Below are positions 8,714 to 17,337 of a DNA stretch of 43,078 nucleotides, in pieces. Numbering within the stretch: the first letter of the stretch is position 1; every line of letters starts with the position of its first letter. The notes below the pieces were generated by a model. That model had not been told where the DNA came from and made no database searches. It worked only from the letters and a program-made list of their open reading frames with translations. Position numbers and translations under genes: made by a program. Source of the DNA: a virus (lineage: Duplodnaviria > Caudoviricetes); IMG/VR virus record IMGVR_UViG_3300028586_000037, positions 1 to 43,078 of that record; one strand, given 5' to 3'.

Positions 8714-10764
8714 CAGGATAAGTGGGGAGTGTGGTAGCGCTCGCGGGGCAGCTCGAAATCGAACTGCACCACGCGCCGGGTTTCGTCCTCGTCGTAGGGC
8801 GTGAAGGTGCGGTCCTTCACCTGGCCGGCCAGGTAGCGGCCGGCCTCCAGCAGCAGCACCCGCTCGCTGAGCATAAAGTCAGTGTCGGCCGCGAGCTGGG
8901 CGGCCGAGCGGGCGCCGGTGTAGCACTTGAGCACCGGCTGGCCGGTGCGGCGGCTGATGGTGTAGTCGCCGCGCAGCGGGTCGTAGCCGGCGGGGCGGGC
9001 GTTCTCGCTGGCGCTCGTCTTGATGGCCAGCTCGCGCGCGGCCCGGCCCCGGCACACGAGCGTATTCCAGCCACCGAGCGAGTTGGCGTAGAGAAAGTAG
9101 CGGCGCACGGGGCAGGGCCGGCGGTCGAGCACGTAGGTGCGCACCTCACTGAGCGGGGCGCCCGCCTCGTCGAGCACGTCGAGCGTGTAGCTGACCACGA
9201 GCTGGCCGGCGGCGGCCTCGCGGGCCGGGATGTCGAGCTGGGCCGGGCCGGCGGGCAGGCAAAACACCTCGTAGCGTAGCACGTCGGGGCGCTCGGCCAG
9301 CACCACCTCGGTGGTACTGCCGTTGGCCCAGGCCAGCCGGGCGCGGTAGCGGAAGGCGGCCACGTTGGGGCGGGGCACCATGAAAAACAGGTACTCGGGT
9401 TGGTCGGGTAGCACCTTTTTAGTGGTTGGCTCCCAAGTCAGGAAGGGCAGTTGCGCCGGTTGGTAGGTGCGGAACCACGTCCCCTGGGCGGCCTCGACGT
9501 AGCCCAGCCCGCCGTGCAGCAGGTAGTTGGTGTTGACCGTCGTTACCGCGCCGTCGCCGGCGGCCGTGCGCTCGAAGTAGCGCAGAAAGAACCGGCAGAA
9601 GGCCCCGTCCTGGCGCTGCACGGCCGCTTGCCCCACGGCCGGCAGCAGCGGGGCCACGAAGGGCGCCAGCAATTCCTGCACCTCGAAGGTGGTGCGGCCC
9701 AGCGCGTCGGCCGGCTGCTCCAGCTCCTGGCCGATGGGCTCGAAGGTGCCGCTCAGGTACCCGCGCTCCACCCACACCTGGCACACGAAGCCCAGCCCGG
9801 GCTTGGTGCTGGGGTCGAGGCGGTAGGCCGGGCCGGCGTCGAGGCTGAGCGTGACGGGGTTGCCCGCAAACCAGTAGCGGCTGTTGAAGGAGAGCACCAC
9901 TTCCCCGGCCACCGTGGCCCCGTGGGCGTCGGTGACGAGGTAGGCGTAGGTGCCCTCGGGCAGGTTGGTGCGGCTGGCCGTGGTCTCGCCATCGGCCCAT
10001 AGTATCGCATAAGGCGCCACGCCCCCGCTCACGGCGAGCGTGATGGAGTTGGGCGTGTTGCTCACCTGCACCACCAACTCAGGGTCCTGCTTGACCTCCA
10101 CCACCAGGCGCGTGCTGGCGCCGGTGCTGTAGGTGACGGTGCAGCCGTAGAGGCCGGCGCGCAGCTTGGTGCGCGTGGCCCCCTTAGCCCCGTCATCCCA
10201 GTCGAAGAGGTAGATAGCCGAGCCGGGCGCGGCCTCGCCGGTGCCCGTCACGGTGATGGCCCCATCGGCGCGGCCAAACACGGTGGCGTGCGTGACGACG
10301 GCCGTGGCCCCGATGGGCGACACGTTGGGGCGGTTCTCGGCGATGGTCCAGCCGGTGGTGTGGTAAGAGCTGAAATCCAGGTTGTAGCGCAGGCCGTAGT
10401 CGGTGGCCGTCACGTCGAACTCGACCAGCGGCACGGGCAGCGTCCGAGGGCTGCCGAACACGAAAATGGTCTCGTCCACGGTGCCCACCTCGCGGGGCTC
10501 ACTCACCACGTAGGGCAGGCCCTGGAAGCCGAGGCGGGTGCGCAGCAGGGCCAGCACGTTCTTGACCGTTGCCAGCACGTAGCCCTCCCCTAGCCCATCG
10601 TTGGGGTCGGGCACCACGAACTGGCCCGGGTCGGCGCCCCGGTAGAAGGTGTGCAGCTGGCCGGCCAGGCGGAAGCTGACGGAAATGGTCTGGGTGCCGC
10701 GCAGCTTGTCGTCGTGGCTGAGCGCGGCCTGGATGGTAATGCGTGCGTAGTGTTCGCCGGCCAT
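8713..10764 (-). CDS. Tail/baseplate protein with two SprB-like repeats
   Basis: Start MAGEHY (10764); repeats DGAITV...YLFDWDDG...LRAGLYGCTVT and SITLAVSGGVAPYAILWADG...LPEGTYAYLVTDAHG; C-terminal YANSLGGWNT distal-tail-like motif. Confidence 0.7.
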   Translation of the reverse strand: MAGEHYARITIQAALSHDDKLRGTQTISVSFRLAGQLHTFYRGADPGQFVVPDPNDGLGEGYVLATVKNVLALLRTRLGFQGLPYVVSEPREVGTVDETIFVFGSPRTLPVPLVEFDVTATDYGLRYNLDFSSYHTTGWTIAENRPNVSPIGATAVVTHATVFGRADGAITVTGTGEAAPGSAIYLFDWDDGAKGATRTKLRAGLYGCTVTYSTGASTRLVVEVKQDPELVVQVSNTPNSITLAVSGGVAPYAILWADGETTASRTNLPEGTYAYLVTDAHGATVAGEVVLSFNSRYWFAGNPVTLSLDAGPAYRLDPSTKPGLGFVCQVWVERGYLSGTFEPIGQELEQPADALGRTTFEVQELLAPFVAPLLPAVGQAAVQRQDGAFCRFFLRYFERTAAGDGAVTTVNTNYLLHGGLGYVEAAQGTWFRTYQPAQLPFLTWEPTTKKVLPDQPEYLFFMVPRPNVAAFRYRARLAWANGSTTEVVLAERPDVLRYEVFCLPAGPAQLDIPAREAAAGQLVVSYTLDVLDEAGAPLSEVRTYVLDRRPCPVRRYFLYANSLGGWNTLVCRGRAARELAIKTSASENARPAGYDPLRGDYTISRRTGQPVLKCYTGARSAAQLAADTDFMLSERVLLLEAGRYLAGQVKDRTFTPYDEDETRRVVQFDFELPRERYHTPHLS

Positions 10765-10766
10765 AG

Positions 10767-11303
10767 CTAGGGAAGGAATTTGGTGGCGTCGTAGGTGAGC
10801 AGCTTGGTGGCCGACTCGGTGAAGTCGAACTCGAAGCGCGTGCCGTAGAAATTGTCGCCCAGCGCCCCCACGGCCTCGGCGGCCAGGCCCGTACGCTGGA
10901 GCATGCGCCCGGCGCGGCGGCCGGCCGGCCCCCGGAAGAAGTCGCACACGCCGGCCATTAGCTCGTAGCCGATGCGCTCGGTATCGCTCAGCACTTGGTC
11001 GCGGCCCTCGTCGGTGTTGGCGGCCTTGTGCATGACCATGAAGCCGCCCCGGCGGTGGGCCAGCACTTGGTCGCTGCCGGTGTCTTCGTGCAGGGTATCG
11101 TAGCTGAGCAGCACCACGAAGAAGGCATCGCCGGGTAACGACCGCGCCTTCTCGTAGAAGCTGGCCAGGCGGGCCAGCTTCTGCATGGGGTCGGCGCTGA
11201 CCGTGATTTTCAGGTAGCGGGGCTTGGCGGGCGTGTGCAGGATTTCCTTATGCCGCGTGGCCAGGTCGCGCACCAGGTCGGAGTAGGTGAGTTGAGTGAG
11301 CAT
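10767..11303 (-). CDS. Putative tail terminator/connector
   Basis: 178 aa, ends in NFYGTRFEFDF beta strand; assignment from synteny. Confidence 0.5.
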   Translation of the reverse strand: MLTQLTYSDLVRDLATRHKEILHTPAKPRYLKITVSADPMQKLARLASFYEKARSLPGDAFFVVLLSYDTLHEDTGSDQVLAHRRGGFMVMHKAANTDEGRDQVLSDTERIGYELMAGVCDFFRGPAGRRAGRMLQRTGLAAEAVGALGDNFYGTRFEFDFTESATKLLTYDATKFLP

Positions 11304-11306
11304 AAA

Positions 11307-12116
11307 CTAGTTGGGTTGGGCCGCTTGGCGTTCGGCGTGCAGGCGCAGCACGCGGTTCATTTCGCGCAGCACGTTGGCCAGGCCTTGCTGGGCGGTGGCT
11401 TCGAGGCGGTGCACGCCGCCGGCCAGCTCGTGCAGCACCTCCTGCCAGCCGCTGTGGCCGGCCTTGGCTGTGTTGTCGTCGCTGAAGACGTACTCGTAGC
11501 GCTGCTCCAGCAGGCGCCGGCAGCCTTGGTAGTAGAGCAGCACGGCCTGCTTGGTGGCCAGCGGCAGGCGGGCCAGCTGGCGGGCGCGGGCGGGCACGAG
11601 GTGCTCGTTGAAGTCCTCGCGGCGGTCGCCGGCGTAGTCCACGGCCCGGGGCCGGTAGGGCCGGCGCTCGGGCCGGTAGAGCACGGCCACGAGTTGGTCG
11701 AGCCAGGTGGCCTCCTGCGTCTGGAGGTAGCGCAGGTAGTAGCTATCGGCGAAGATGAACTCGTCGAAGCGCAGGTTACGGAAGGCCTCCCGGGGGCCGT
11801 GGAAATGCTGGGGCTGCTCGATGAAGGGCAGGTAGGGCAACGTCAGGCTAGGCAGCAGCTGGGCCGTGAGCGGCGGGGCCGTGGTAGCCAGAAAGCGGGT
11901 AAGCGGGCGCAGCTCCACGCGCTGCACGAGGTTGAGGCGGGCGAAGGCGCGGGCCGGCAGGGCGAGCAGGATTTCGAGCAGGGCGTCGGCCAGCTGCGTG
12001 GGCTGGGCAAACGGGCGCTGGCGCACGGCCACCACGGCCAGCAGCTGCGCGCCGGTTAGCTCGTTCCATTTCGTGGCCAGCCGGCAGCGGTGCCGGCCAA
12101 ATTGCGCATCGAGCAT
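11307..12116 (-). CDS. Phage protein, first gene of tail module (possible tail assembly chaperone)
   Basis: 269-aa ORF directly behind a late-promoter motif; function from position only. Confidence 0.6.
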   Translation of the reverse strand: MLDAQFGRHRCRLATKWNELTGAQLLAVVAVRQRPFAQPTQLADALLEILLALPARAFARLNLVQRVELRPLTRFLATTAPPLTAQLLPSLTLPYLPFIEQPQHFHGPREAFRNLRFDEFIFADSYYLRYLQTQEATWLDQLVAVLYRPERRPYRPRAVDYAGDRREDFNEHLVPARARQLARLPLATKQAVLLYYQGCRRLLEQRYEYVFSDDNTAKAGHSGWQEVLHELAGGVHRLEATAQQGLANVLREMNRVLRLHAERQAAQPN

Positions 12117-12137
12117 AGGGGTAGGGTTGATTTTCCC

Positions 12138-12173
12138 CGAAATTCCCCTGGCAATTGCCGCCCCGAAAGGACA
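12138..12173 (-). promoter_or_regulatory. Putative late promoter, copy 2
   Basis: TGTCCTTTC-N5-GGCAATTGCC-N5-AATTTCG. Confidence 0.72.
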
Positions 12174-12174
12174 T

Positions 12175-12206
12175 AAAAAAGCCCACCGGCAGGGCCAGCG
12201 GGCTTC
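12175..12206 (-). terminator. Terminator after the lysis cassette
   Basis: Minus-strand stem GCCCGCTGGC/GCCGGTGGGC plus T6. Confidence 0.75.
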
Positions 12207-12224
12207 GTGATTTTGAGGATGGGG

Positions 12225-12599
12225 CTAGCCCAGGAAGGGAAGGCGGGGCAGCTTACCGCGCAGCCAGACGCCGGCGGCGATCCCCACCCCCAGAATGACG
12301 GCGAACACATACCACGGCGTGCCGGCATTCTTGGCAGTAGTCGCGGCCTGGCTAGCCGGGCCGGTGGCCGCGCTGCCCTGCTTCTGGCCAGCCTGGCGGT
12401 TGTCGGCTACCTGCACCGCCCCGGGGCCGGTGTTAATGATGACGTTGCCGGCAATCTTGATTTTGCCGGCCTGGAGCGGGCTGATGCCAGCGGCACGCAG
12501 GGCCGAGTCCACCTTAGCATCGACGGCGGCCGGCACGTAGCGCTCGGTTTCGCAGCTGCTGGCCACGAGCAGCAGCAGGGCTAGGAGAATCGCTTTCAC
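12225..12599 (-). CDS. Unimolecular-spanin-like lipoprotein
   Basis: Lipoprotein signal (LLVASS-C) plus C-terminal TM helix (PWYVFAVILGVGIAAGVWL) in the lysis cassette. Confidence 0.68.
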   Translation of the reverse strand: MKAILLALLLLVASSCETERYVPAAVDAKVDSALRAAGISPLQAGKIKIAGNVIINTGPGAVQVADNRQAGQKQGSAATGPASQAATTAKNAGTPWYVFAVILGVGIAAGVWLRGKLPRLPFLG

Positions 12600-12796
12600 T
12601 TGGTAACGAGGTGGGGTTTGGGCCGGCTGGCGGCGCGGGCCAGCGAGTCAAGCACGCGCTGGGGCGGGCGGCGGGTGGTGGCCGGCGCCAGATAGGCCGG
12701 GCCGTGGAAGCCTGCCCAGGTAGTAGGCTGGGGCCGGGCGGGATGGGTGGCGCAGGCGCTGAGCAGCAGCGCGGCGGCTAAGTAGAGGCTTTTCAT
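12596..12796 (-). CDS. Small Pro-rich lipoprotein (o-spanin-like)
   Basis: Lipobox LLSA-C; 66 aa; between endolysin and spanin-like gene. Confidence 0.6.
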   Translation of the reverse strand: MKSLYLAAALLLSACATHPARPQPTTWAGFHGPAYLAPATTRRPPQRVLDSLARAASRPKPHLVTK

Positions 12797-12802
12797 AGCG
12801 GG

Positions 12803-13375
12803 TTAGTATCTCGGGTTGTCGATGGGATTGGCCACGGCGGTCACGAGGCGCTTAAGCCGCCAGTTCACGTACACGCCCTCGCCTTCGCGCTGGAGGGCGC
12901 CGCCCCCGCCAGTGTTGCCGCCCACCGACCGCACGCTGGGCCCGGTGCCCCAGGCGCCCACGAGCAGCTCGACGTGGGCAATGTGGGGGTTGCCCCAGCT
13001 GAAGCCCAACACGTCACCCGGGCGGGGGCTGGGCTGGCCAGCTACCTGAGCACCGGCGCGCCAGATGGTGTGCACCTTATCGAACCAACTGCGAGCCTTG
13101 CCCAAACGCGGGACCATTATGCCCGCCTTGCGCATTTCATAGACAATAGTCCAGGAGCACCACGCATCCTCTACCCGGCCACCAGCATACCTAATTATGC
13201 GCTCGACGGCAGCGCCGGCATTGCGGCCGACCTCGCGGATGCCCACGAGGCTGAGGCCAATTTTTACAACCCGAGCGCGGCGGGCGGCACTACTGTCAGG
13301 GCTGATGCTAGCGCGTGATTGGCCTGCACAAAAAAGAAGACAAAGGGCGAGACAGAGAATACGAAACGGGCGCAT
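12803..13375 (-). CDS. CHAP/NlpC-P60-type endolysin with N-terminal signal sequence
   Basis: AWCSW (Cys), PGDVL, HVELL (His), GGNT motifs; hydrophobic N-terminus ending in SRA. Confidence 0.8.
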   Translation of the reverse strand: MRPFRILCLALCLLFCAGQSRASISPDSSAARRARVVKIGLSLVGIREVGRNAGAAVERIIRYAGGRVEDAWCSWTIVYEMRKAGIMVPRLGKARSWFDKVHTIWRAGAQVAGQPSPRPGDVLGFSWGNPHIAHVELLVGAWGTGPSVRSVGGNTGGGGALQREGEGVYVNWRLKRLVTAVANPIDNPRY

Positions 13376-14022
13376 CGGATGGTGAAGGTTAAGGTGGCGA
13401 TTTTGCGGCGTTCGGCCGCTTCAGCAAAGTCTAGCTTGGTAGCCTCAACCAAGTGAGCCATGTCGTTGAAGGAGGCCTTGGGGTTATCGAAGTGCCGGTG
13501 TACACGCTCCATGCGGGTGCTCAAGTCGGTCGTAATCGACTCCAAAAGCTTACCCCCCATCGTCTCAGCGGCGTAGGCGTAGAGGCCTGGAAAGAGGTAG
13601 CGCCAGCTGACGTAAGCCATGCTGAGGGCGGCGAAGAATTGGAAGGCGCCCAGGGCAGCCGCGCCGATATTATCGGGCGTAAAGCCGCCGGCCGTGGGCA
13701 TGATGGTGTGGCGCAGCACGTCTGGCAGGGCCAAGAACACACCGGTAGCCACCGCGCCGAAAATGGCTACGCGGGCCAGGTGCGGCAACCGCACACGGCG
13801 CAGGATACGCAGCCGGGCGGCTAGGCGCAGTGAGGGGATGAGTGGGGCAGCGCGAACCTCTTCGAAGGAGCATTCCATCACCGCGCGGGCGGCGGCACAA
13901 AGCGAGCAAAGACTAAGCAGCAGGCAGCAGGCAAATTCATCCGGCCAGACACTCAGACTAGTGACTAGGCTGAGGCAGACCATTAAGAAGTAGAAGTGAG
14001 CATGGGCAACAGGAGAGCGCAT
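13264..14022 (-). CDS. Multi-TM membrane protein (holin/antiholin candidate)
   Basis: Several hydrophobic segments; 3' end overlaps the endolysin by 112 bp; start uncertain. Confidence 0.55.
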   Translation of the reverse strand: MRSPVAHAHFYFLMVCLSLVTSLSVWPDEFACCLLLSLCSLCAAARAVMECSFEEVRAAPLIPSLRLAARLRILRRVRLPHLARVAIFGAVATGVFLALPDVLRHTIMPTAGGFTPDNIGAAALGAFQFFAALSMAYVSWRYLFPGLYAYAAETMGGKLLESITTDLSTRMERVHRHFDNPKASFNDMAHLVEATKLDFAEAAERRKIATLTFTIRCARFVFSVSPFVFFFVQANHALASALTVVPPAALGL

Positions 14023-14027
14023 AGGAT

Positions 14028-14330
14028 TCAGGACTTGAGGTGGTTGATGAGAAACTTGGTGAACATTTCTTTGAAGTCGCCCACGTCGTCGGCGATTTGG
14101 TCGAGGCGCTTTTCTACCCGCTGCTCGAAGCTACCCAGCCGGCTTTCCAGGCTCGTCACGCGCTCCTGGGTGCGAATGGCCAGCGCCGTGGCGGCTTCGA
14201 GCTGGGCCGCCTGGCGGTTCTCGTGGTCGCGCTGCTTGGCCCGCGTCTGCGTCGTAGCCAGGTTGTAAAGGGCCGCGCTCACACTCACGAAACCGAAGAG
14301 GGCCGCTAGGATTTTGAAGACTAAATCCAT
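14028..14330 (-). CDS. Holin-like single-TM coiled-coil protein
   Basis: N-terminal TM plus heptad coiled coil at the head of the lysis cassette. Confidence 0.6.
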   Translation of the reverse strand: MDLVFKILAALFGFVSVSAALYNLATTQTRAKQRDHENRQAAQLEAATALAIRTQERVTSLESRLGSFEQRVEKRLDQIADDVGDFKEMFTKFLINHLKS

Positions 14331-14331
14331 C

Positions 14332-15324
14332 TTAGAAGCCGCCCCAGAGAGGCGCAGAAATGCTTGTGGTGTGGTAGTTGGGCACGGCCGGCGGGGCGTA
14401 GGCGGGGCTGGCGAAGTAGGTGGCGTAGCGCGTTTCCGACGCCGTGGCGTTGAGGTGCGTGACGAGGCGCCGTAGGTAGCGCTCGCCGTCGTGCAGGGCC
14501 TGGCCCGCCTTCAGGTCGAGCAGCTGCGTCAGGCCCGGGTCGGCCTCCTTGGCGTTGCTGTCATCCGGGCGGTACACGTTTAGCTCCAGGGCCTGGCCGT
14601 TGAGGCTGAAGCCCAACTCGCCGATGGCCTGCGCCATCGTGAGGTGCGCCAGGGCCGGGCGCAGGTAGCCCGTGACGAGGCCGGCGTTTTCGGCCGTCAG
14701 GGCGTTGTCGCGCAGCTGCTGCTTTAGCTCGGTGAAGAAGTCGGTGCCCAGGGCGGGCTCCAGGCGGAAGCTCTCGGTTTTGCGCAGCAGGCTGGCCAGC
14801 GCCTGGAACGTGAGGCGGGCGTTGCTGATGTTGTAGTAATAGGAGAACTCGCTGGCGGTGCTGATAAACTGCTCACGGCCGCGCTGGGCGGTGTCGGAGG
14901 CGGCCCAGGTGGGGAAATCGGCCGCGTGCTGCTCCAGGTAGGCCAGGGCCTTCTCCAGGCCGTTGAAGCCCTTGCGGCCCAGGTTGGCCTTCAGGGCATT
15001 AATCTGCCACTGGAAGGCCGTTTTCTCGCGGTCGTTGCTGATAATCTGCACGCCGCTGCCGCTGATTTGCACCTGGGCCACGTCCAGAAAGCTCACCATC
15101 GTGAGGTTGGCCAGCGAGAAGGCCAGCAGCTGGCGCAGGCTGGCCGCCTCGTCGGAAACCGCCAGCAGCAGCTCGTCGAAGAAGTCGGTGCCCAGGGCGG
15201 GGCGCAGGTAGTCGTGCTCGGCCAGCAGCAGGTCAGGCTGGAGCAAGTTGAAGTAGTCGGCGCCGGCCGATTCGTTGAGGGCGACGTGTTGCTTAAAGTC
15301 GTTGATGGTAGCTATCAGGGCCAT
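14332..15324 (-). CDS. Putative head-tail adaptor (DUF6712-like)
   Basis: Internal duplication (LRPALGTDFFDEL / LEPALGTDFFTEL); follows the portal. Confidence 0.6.
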   Translation of the reverse strand: MALIATINDFKQHVALNESAGADYFNLLQPDLLLAEHDYLRPALGTDFFDELLLAVSDEAASLRQLLAFSLANLTMVSFLDVAQVQISGSGVQIISNDREKTAFQWQINALKANLGRKGFNGLEKALAYLEQHAADFPTWAASDTAQRGREQFISTASEFSYYYNISNARLTFQALASLLRKTESFRLEPALGTDFFTELKQQLRDNALTAENAGLVTGYLRPALAHLTMAQAIGELGFSLNGQALELNVYRPDDSNAKEADPGLTQLLDLKAGQALHDGERYLRRLVTHLNATASETRYATYFASPAYAPPAVPNYHTTSISAPLWGGF

Positions 15325-15328
15325 GCGC

Positions 15329-16660
15329 TTAGGAGGTCTGCTGTTGGGTTTGCTTGCCCTTGTCCAGGGTCATAATCAGGGGCTGCTTGAAGCGGAACTC
15401 CAGGTTCTCGGGCCACGCGTTGAAGTCGCGGATGAAGTGCAGCACTTCCAGCACCAGGTGCTGCTCGAAAGTGCTCGTGCTGATGAAGTTGTTGAAGGCC
15501 ACCCGGGCGTCGGAGCCGGAGCCGGCACCCATGTTTTTGCCCGGCTGGATGCCCATGAGCGTCGGGGCCACGCCGCCGGCGGTGAAGACGTGGCTGGCGG
15601 CCTCCTGCGAGTCCTCGTTGAAGAGGCCCTCCTTCATTTTCTTGTCCAGGGCCGTCACCTTGAAGGCGGCCACGGCGTTGCCCTGGCTATCCTGCACGGT
15701 GGTGGTCATCAGGCTCTTGCCCGCCCCGTTGCTGCCCGTCATCACGTCGCCGAAATTCTTCAACTCGGCCGCCATCAGCGCCCGGCGGTCGTCGTCGCCC
15801 TTCTCGTCCCAGTCCTTGTATTTCCAATTCCAGTAGGCGGGGTTTATTTCAATCATCCACTCCACCGAGAGGATGTTTTTGAGCAGCATTTTCTTGAACT
15901 CCACCACGGCCCGGCCGATGGCCAGCCAGCCCGAGCGGCGCACCGTGTTCCAGCTGGCGAGTTGGTATTCGGCCTTGTCGGGCGAGGGGAAGCTGATGGG
16001 GTACACGTACCGGAAGCCATCGGTGCGGGCGCGCAGGCCGGCCACGGCGTCGTAGTAGGGGTCGAGCACCGGGATTTTGGTGGTGTACTCGTCGTCGAAG
16101 CGCCCGCCGTTGGTCCAGTTGGCGTTGACGTACACCCACTTCATCAGGTCCTGGGCGCGCTTGGCCTTGGCGTAGCGGCACCAAGTGGTGTCCAACTCCG
16201 ATACCGAGTAGATTTTCTGGCGGTTGCGGGTCAGAATCAGCTCGGGAAAGGCCTGGCCGAACCACGAAATGTCGATGAGGGCCTCCATCGCGTAGCGCGC
16301 CAGGTTGGAGCGGCGGATGAATTCCTCTACTTCCGGCAGGCGCACCTGCTTGAAGACTTCGGCCCCGCTCTCGTCGAAGGTCACGAGGCCGTAGCACAGG
16401 CCGCCGCCGTACCACGCCTTGGCTTTCCAGTTGAGCATGGTGGCCAGCGAGGTGTCGGCCTCGGCATCGGCCACTACCTGCTGGGGAAAGCCGTTATCCG
16501 GCCCCCAGAAGGCCACGTCGGCGCTGCCGGTGCTGGCCTTGACGAGTGAGGCCGTGGCCGTGGTGCCGGGCGCATCGGCCCCACCCAGCCCGGTGCGCAC
16601 GAGCGCGCCCACGCCGTCGATGTAGCCGAAGCTCAGGTCTTGATTTACGTGAACAGACAT
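15329..16660 (-). CDS. Portal protein
   Basis: 443 aa; WGPDNGFP, GSNGAGK, GVAPTLMG...GSGSDARVAF portal-like motifs; downstream of terminase. Confidence 0.8.
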   Translation of the reverse strand: MSVHVNQDLSFGYIDGVGALVRTGLGGADAPGTTATASLVKASTGSADVAFWGPDNGFPQQVVADAEADTSLATMLNWKAKAWYGGGLCYGLVTFDESGAEVFKQVRLPEVEEFIRRSNLARYAMEALIDISWFGQAFPELILTRNRQKIYSVSELDTTWCRYAKAKRAQDLMKWVYVNANWTNGGRFDDEYTTKIPVLDPYYDAVAGLRARTDGFRYVYPISFPSPDKAEYQLASWNTVRRSGWLAIGRAVVEFKKMLLKNILSVEWMIEINPAYWNWKYKDWDEKGDDDRRALMAAELKNFGDVMTGSNGAGKSLMTTTVQDSQGNAVAAFKVTALDKKMKEGLFNEDSQEAASHVFTAGGVAPTLMGIQPGKNMGAGSGSDARVAFNNFISTSTFEQHLVLEVLHFIRDFNAWPENLEFRFKQPLIMTLDKGKQTQQQTS

Positions 16661-17025
16661 CAGATAATGACCTTTTTACCTTCGAATTCGGTGATGAGGT
16701 AGATGTGCACCTTCGTGTAGTGGCCGTTGATAGTGCTCACGAGGTTGCGCGTCATGTTGTCGTAGTGATTGGGGTTGCGGCGCAGCCAGGCCTCCAGCTC
16801 CGCGATGTCGTCGGGCTTGCCGGACAGGATGGGCACGGGGTCGAGGGCCGGGGCCAGCTGCTGGCCGGTGCCCTTGCCGCTAAGCAGCTGGCCACTGATT
16901 GCGACGACCTCGCCGCCGGTGCCCTTCTGCTCATTGAGCTTGACAAAGCGCAGGCTGAAGGGCTCGGTGGCCGCCTCCATCGCGGCCAGCACCTGCTTGA
17001 GGGGAATGATTGATTTGCCTTCCAT
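16660..17025 (-). CDS. Phage hypothetical protein
   Basis: Coupled to the portal gene; directly behind a late-promoter motif. Confidence 0.7.
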   Translation of the reverse strand: MEGKSIIPLKQVLAAMEAATEPFSLRFVKLNEQKGTGGEVVAISGQLLSGKGTGQQLAPALDPVPILSGKPDDIAELEAWLRRNPNHYDNMTRNLVSTINGHYTKVHIYLITEFEGKKVII

Positions 17026-17032
17026 GATGCCA

Positions 17033-17068
17033 CGAAGTTCCCCGCTCCCCTACCCCAGCGAAAGGACA
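17033..17068 (-). promoter_or_regulatory. Putative late promoter, copy 3
   Basis: TGTCCTTTC-N20-AACTTCG, 7 nt before the ATG. Confidence 0.68.
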
Positions 17069-17281
17069 TAAAACCGGGCGCCTGACGGGTCACTAAGCGG
17101 GGCGGCGGGCCTCTATTTGGCCAGTCTCACGGCAAAGTGCCCTAGCGTGCTGGAATCGCAGATTTCGCCCGCTTTTTCGGTTTTTTTGTCTCATCGCGCC
17201 GAAAATGACCCCAGCTTGCGCTAACCTGTTTCGGCAATTGCCACGGGTGAAAAGGGGATATATGACGGGGGTTTTTGCAAT

Positions 17282-17317
17282 AAAAAACCCCGTTTGCAGG
17301 CTGCAAACAGGGTTTTT
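17282..17317. terminator. Terminator after terL
   Basis: AAAAAACCCCGTTTGCAG-GC-TGCAAACAGGGTTTTT. Confidence 0.75.
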
Positions 17318-17337
17318 AGCGTAATTTCCACTCAGCT

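Noticed and set aside
8713-10947. 744-aa version of the SprB-repeat tail gene
   Set aside because: The extension overlaps gene 10767-11303; ATG 10764 sits 2 nt after that gene's stop
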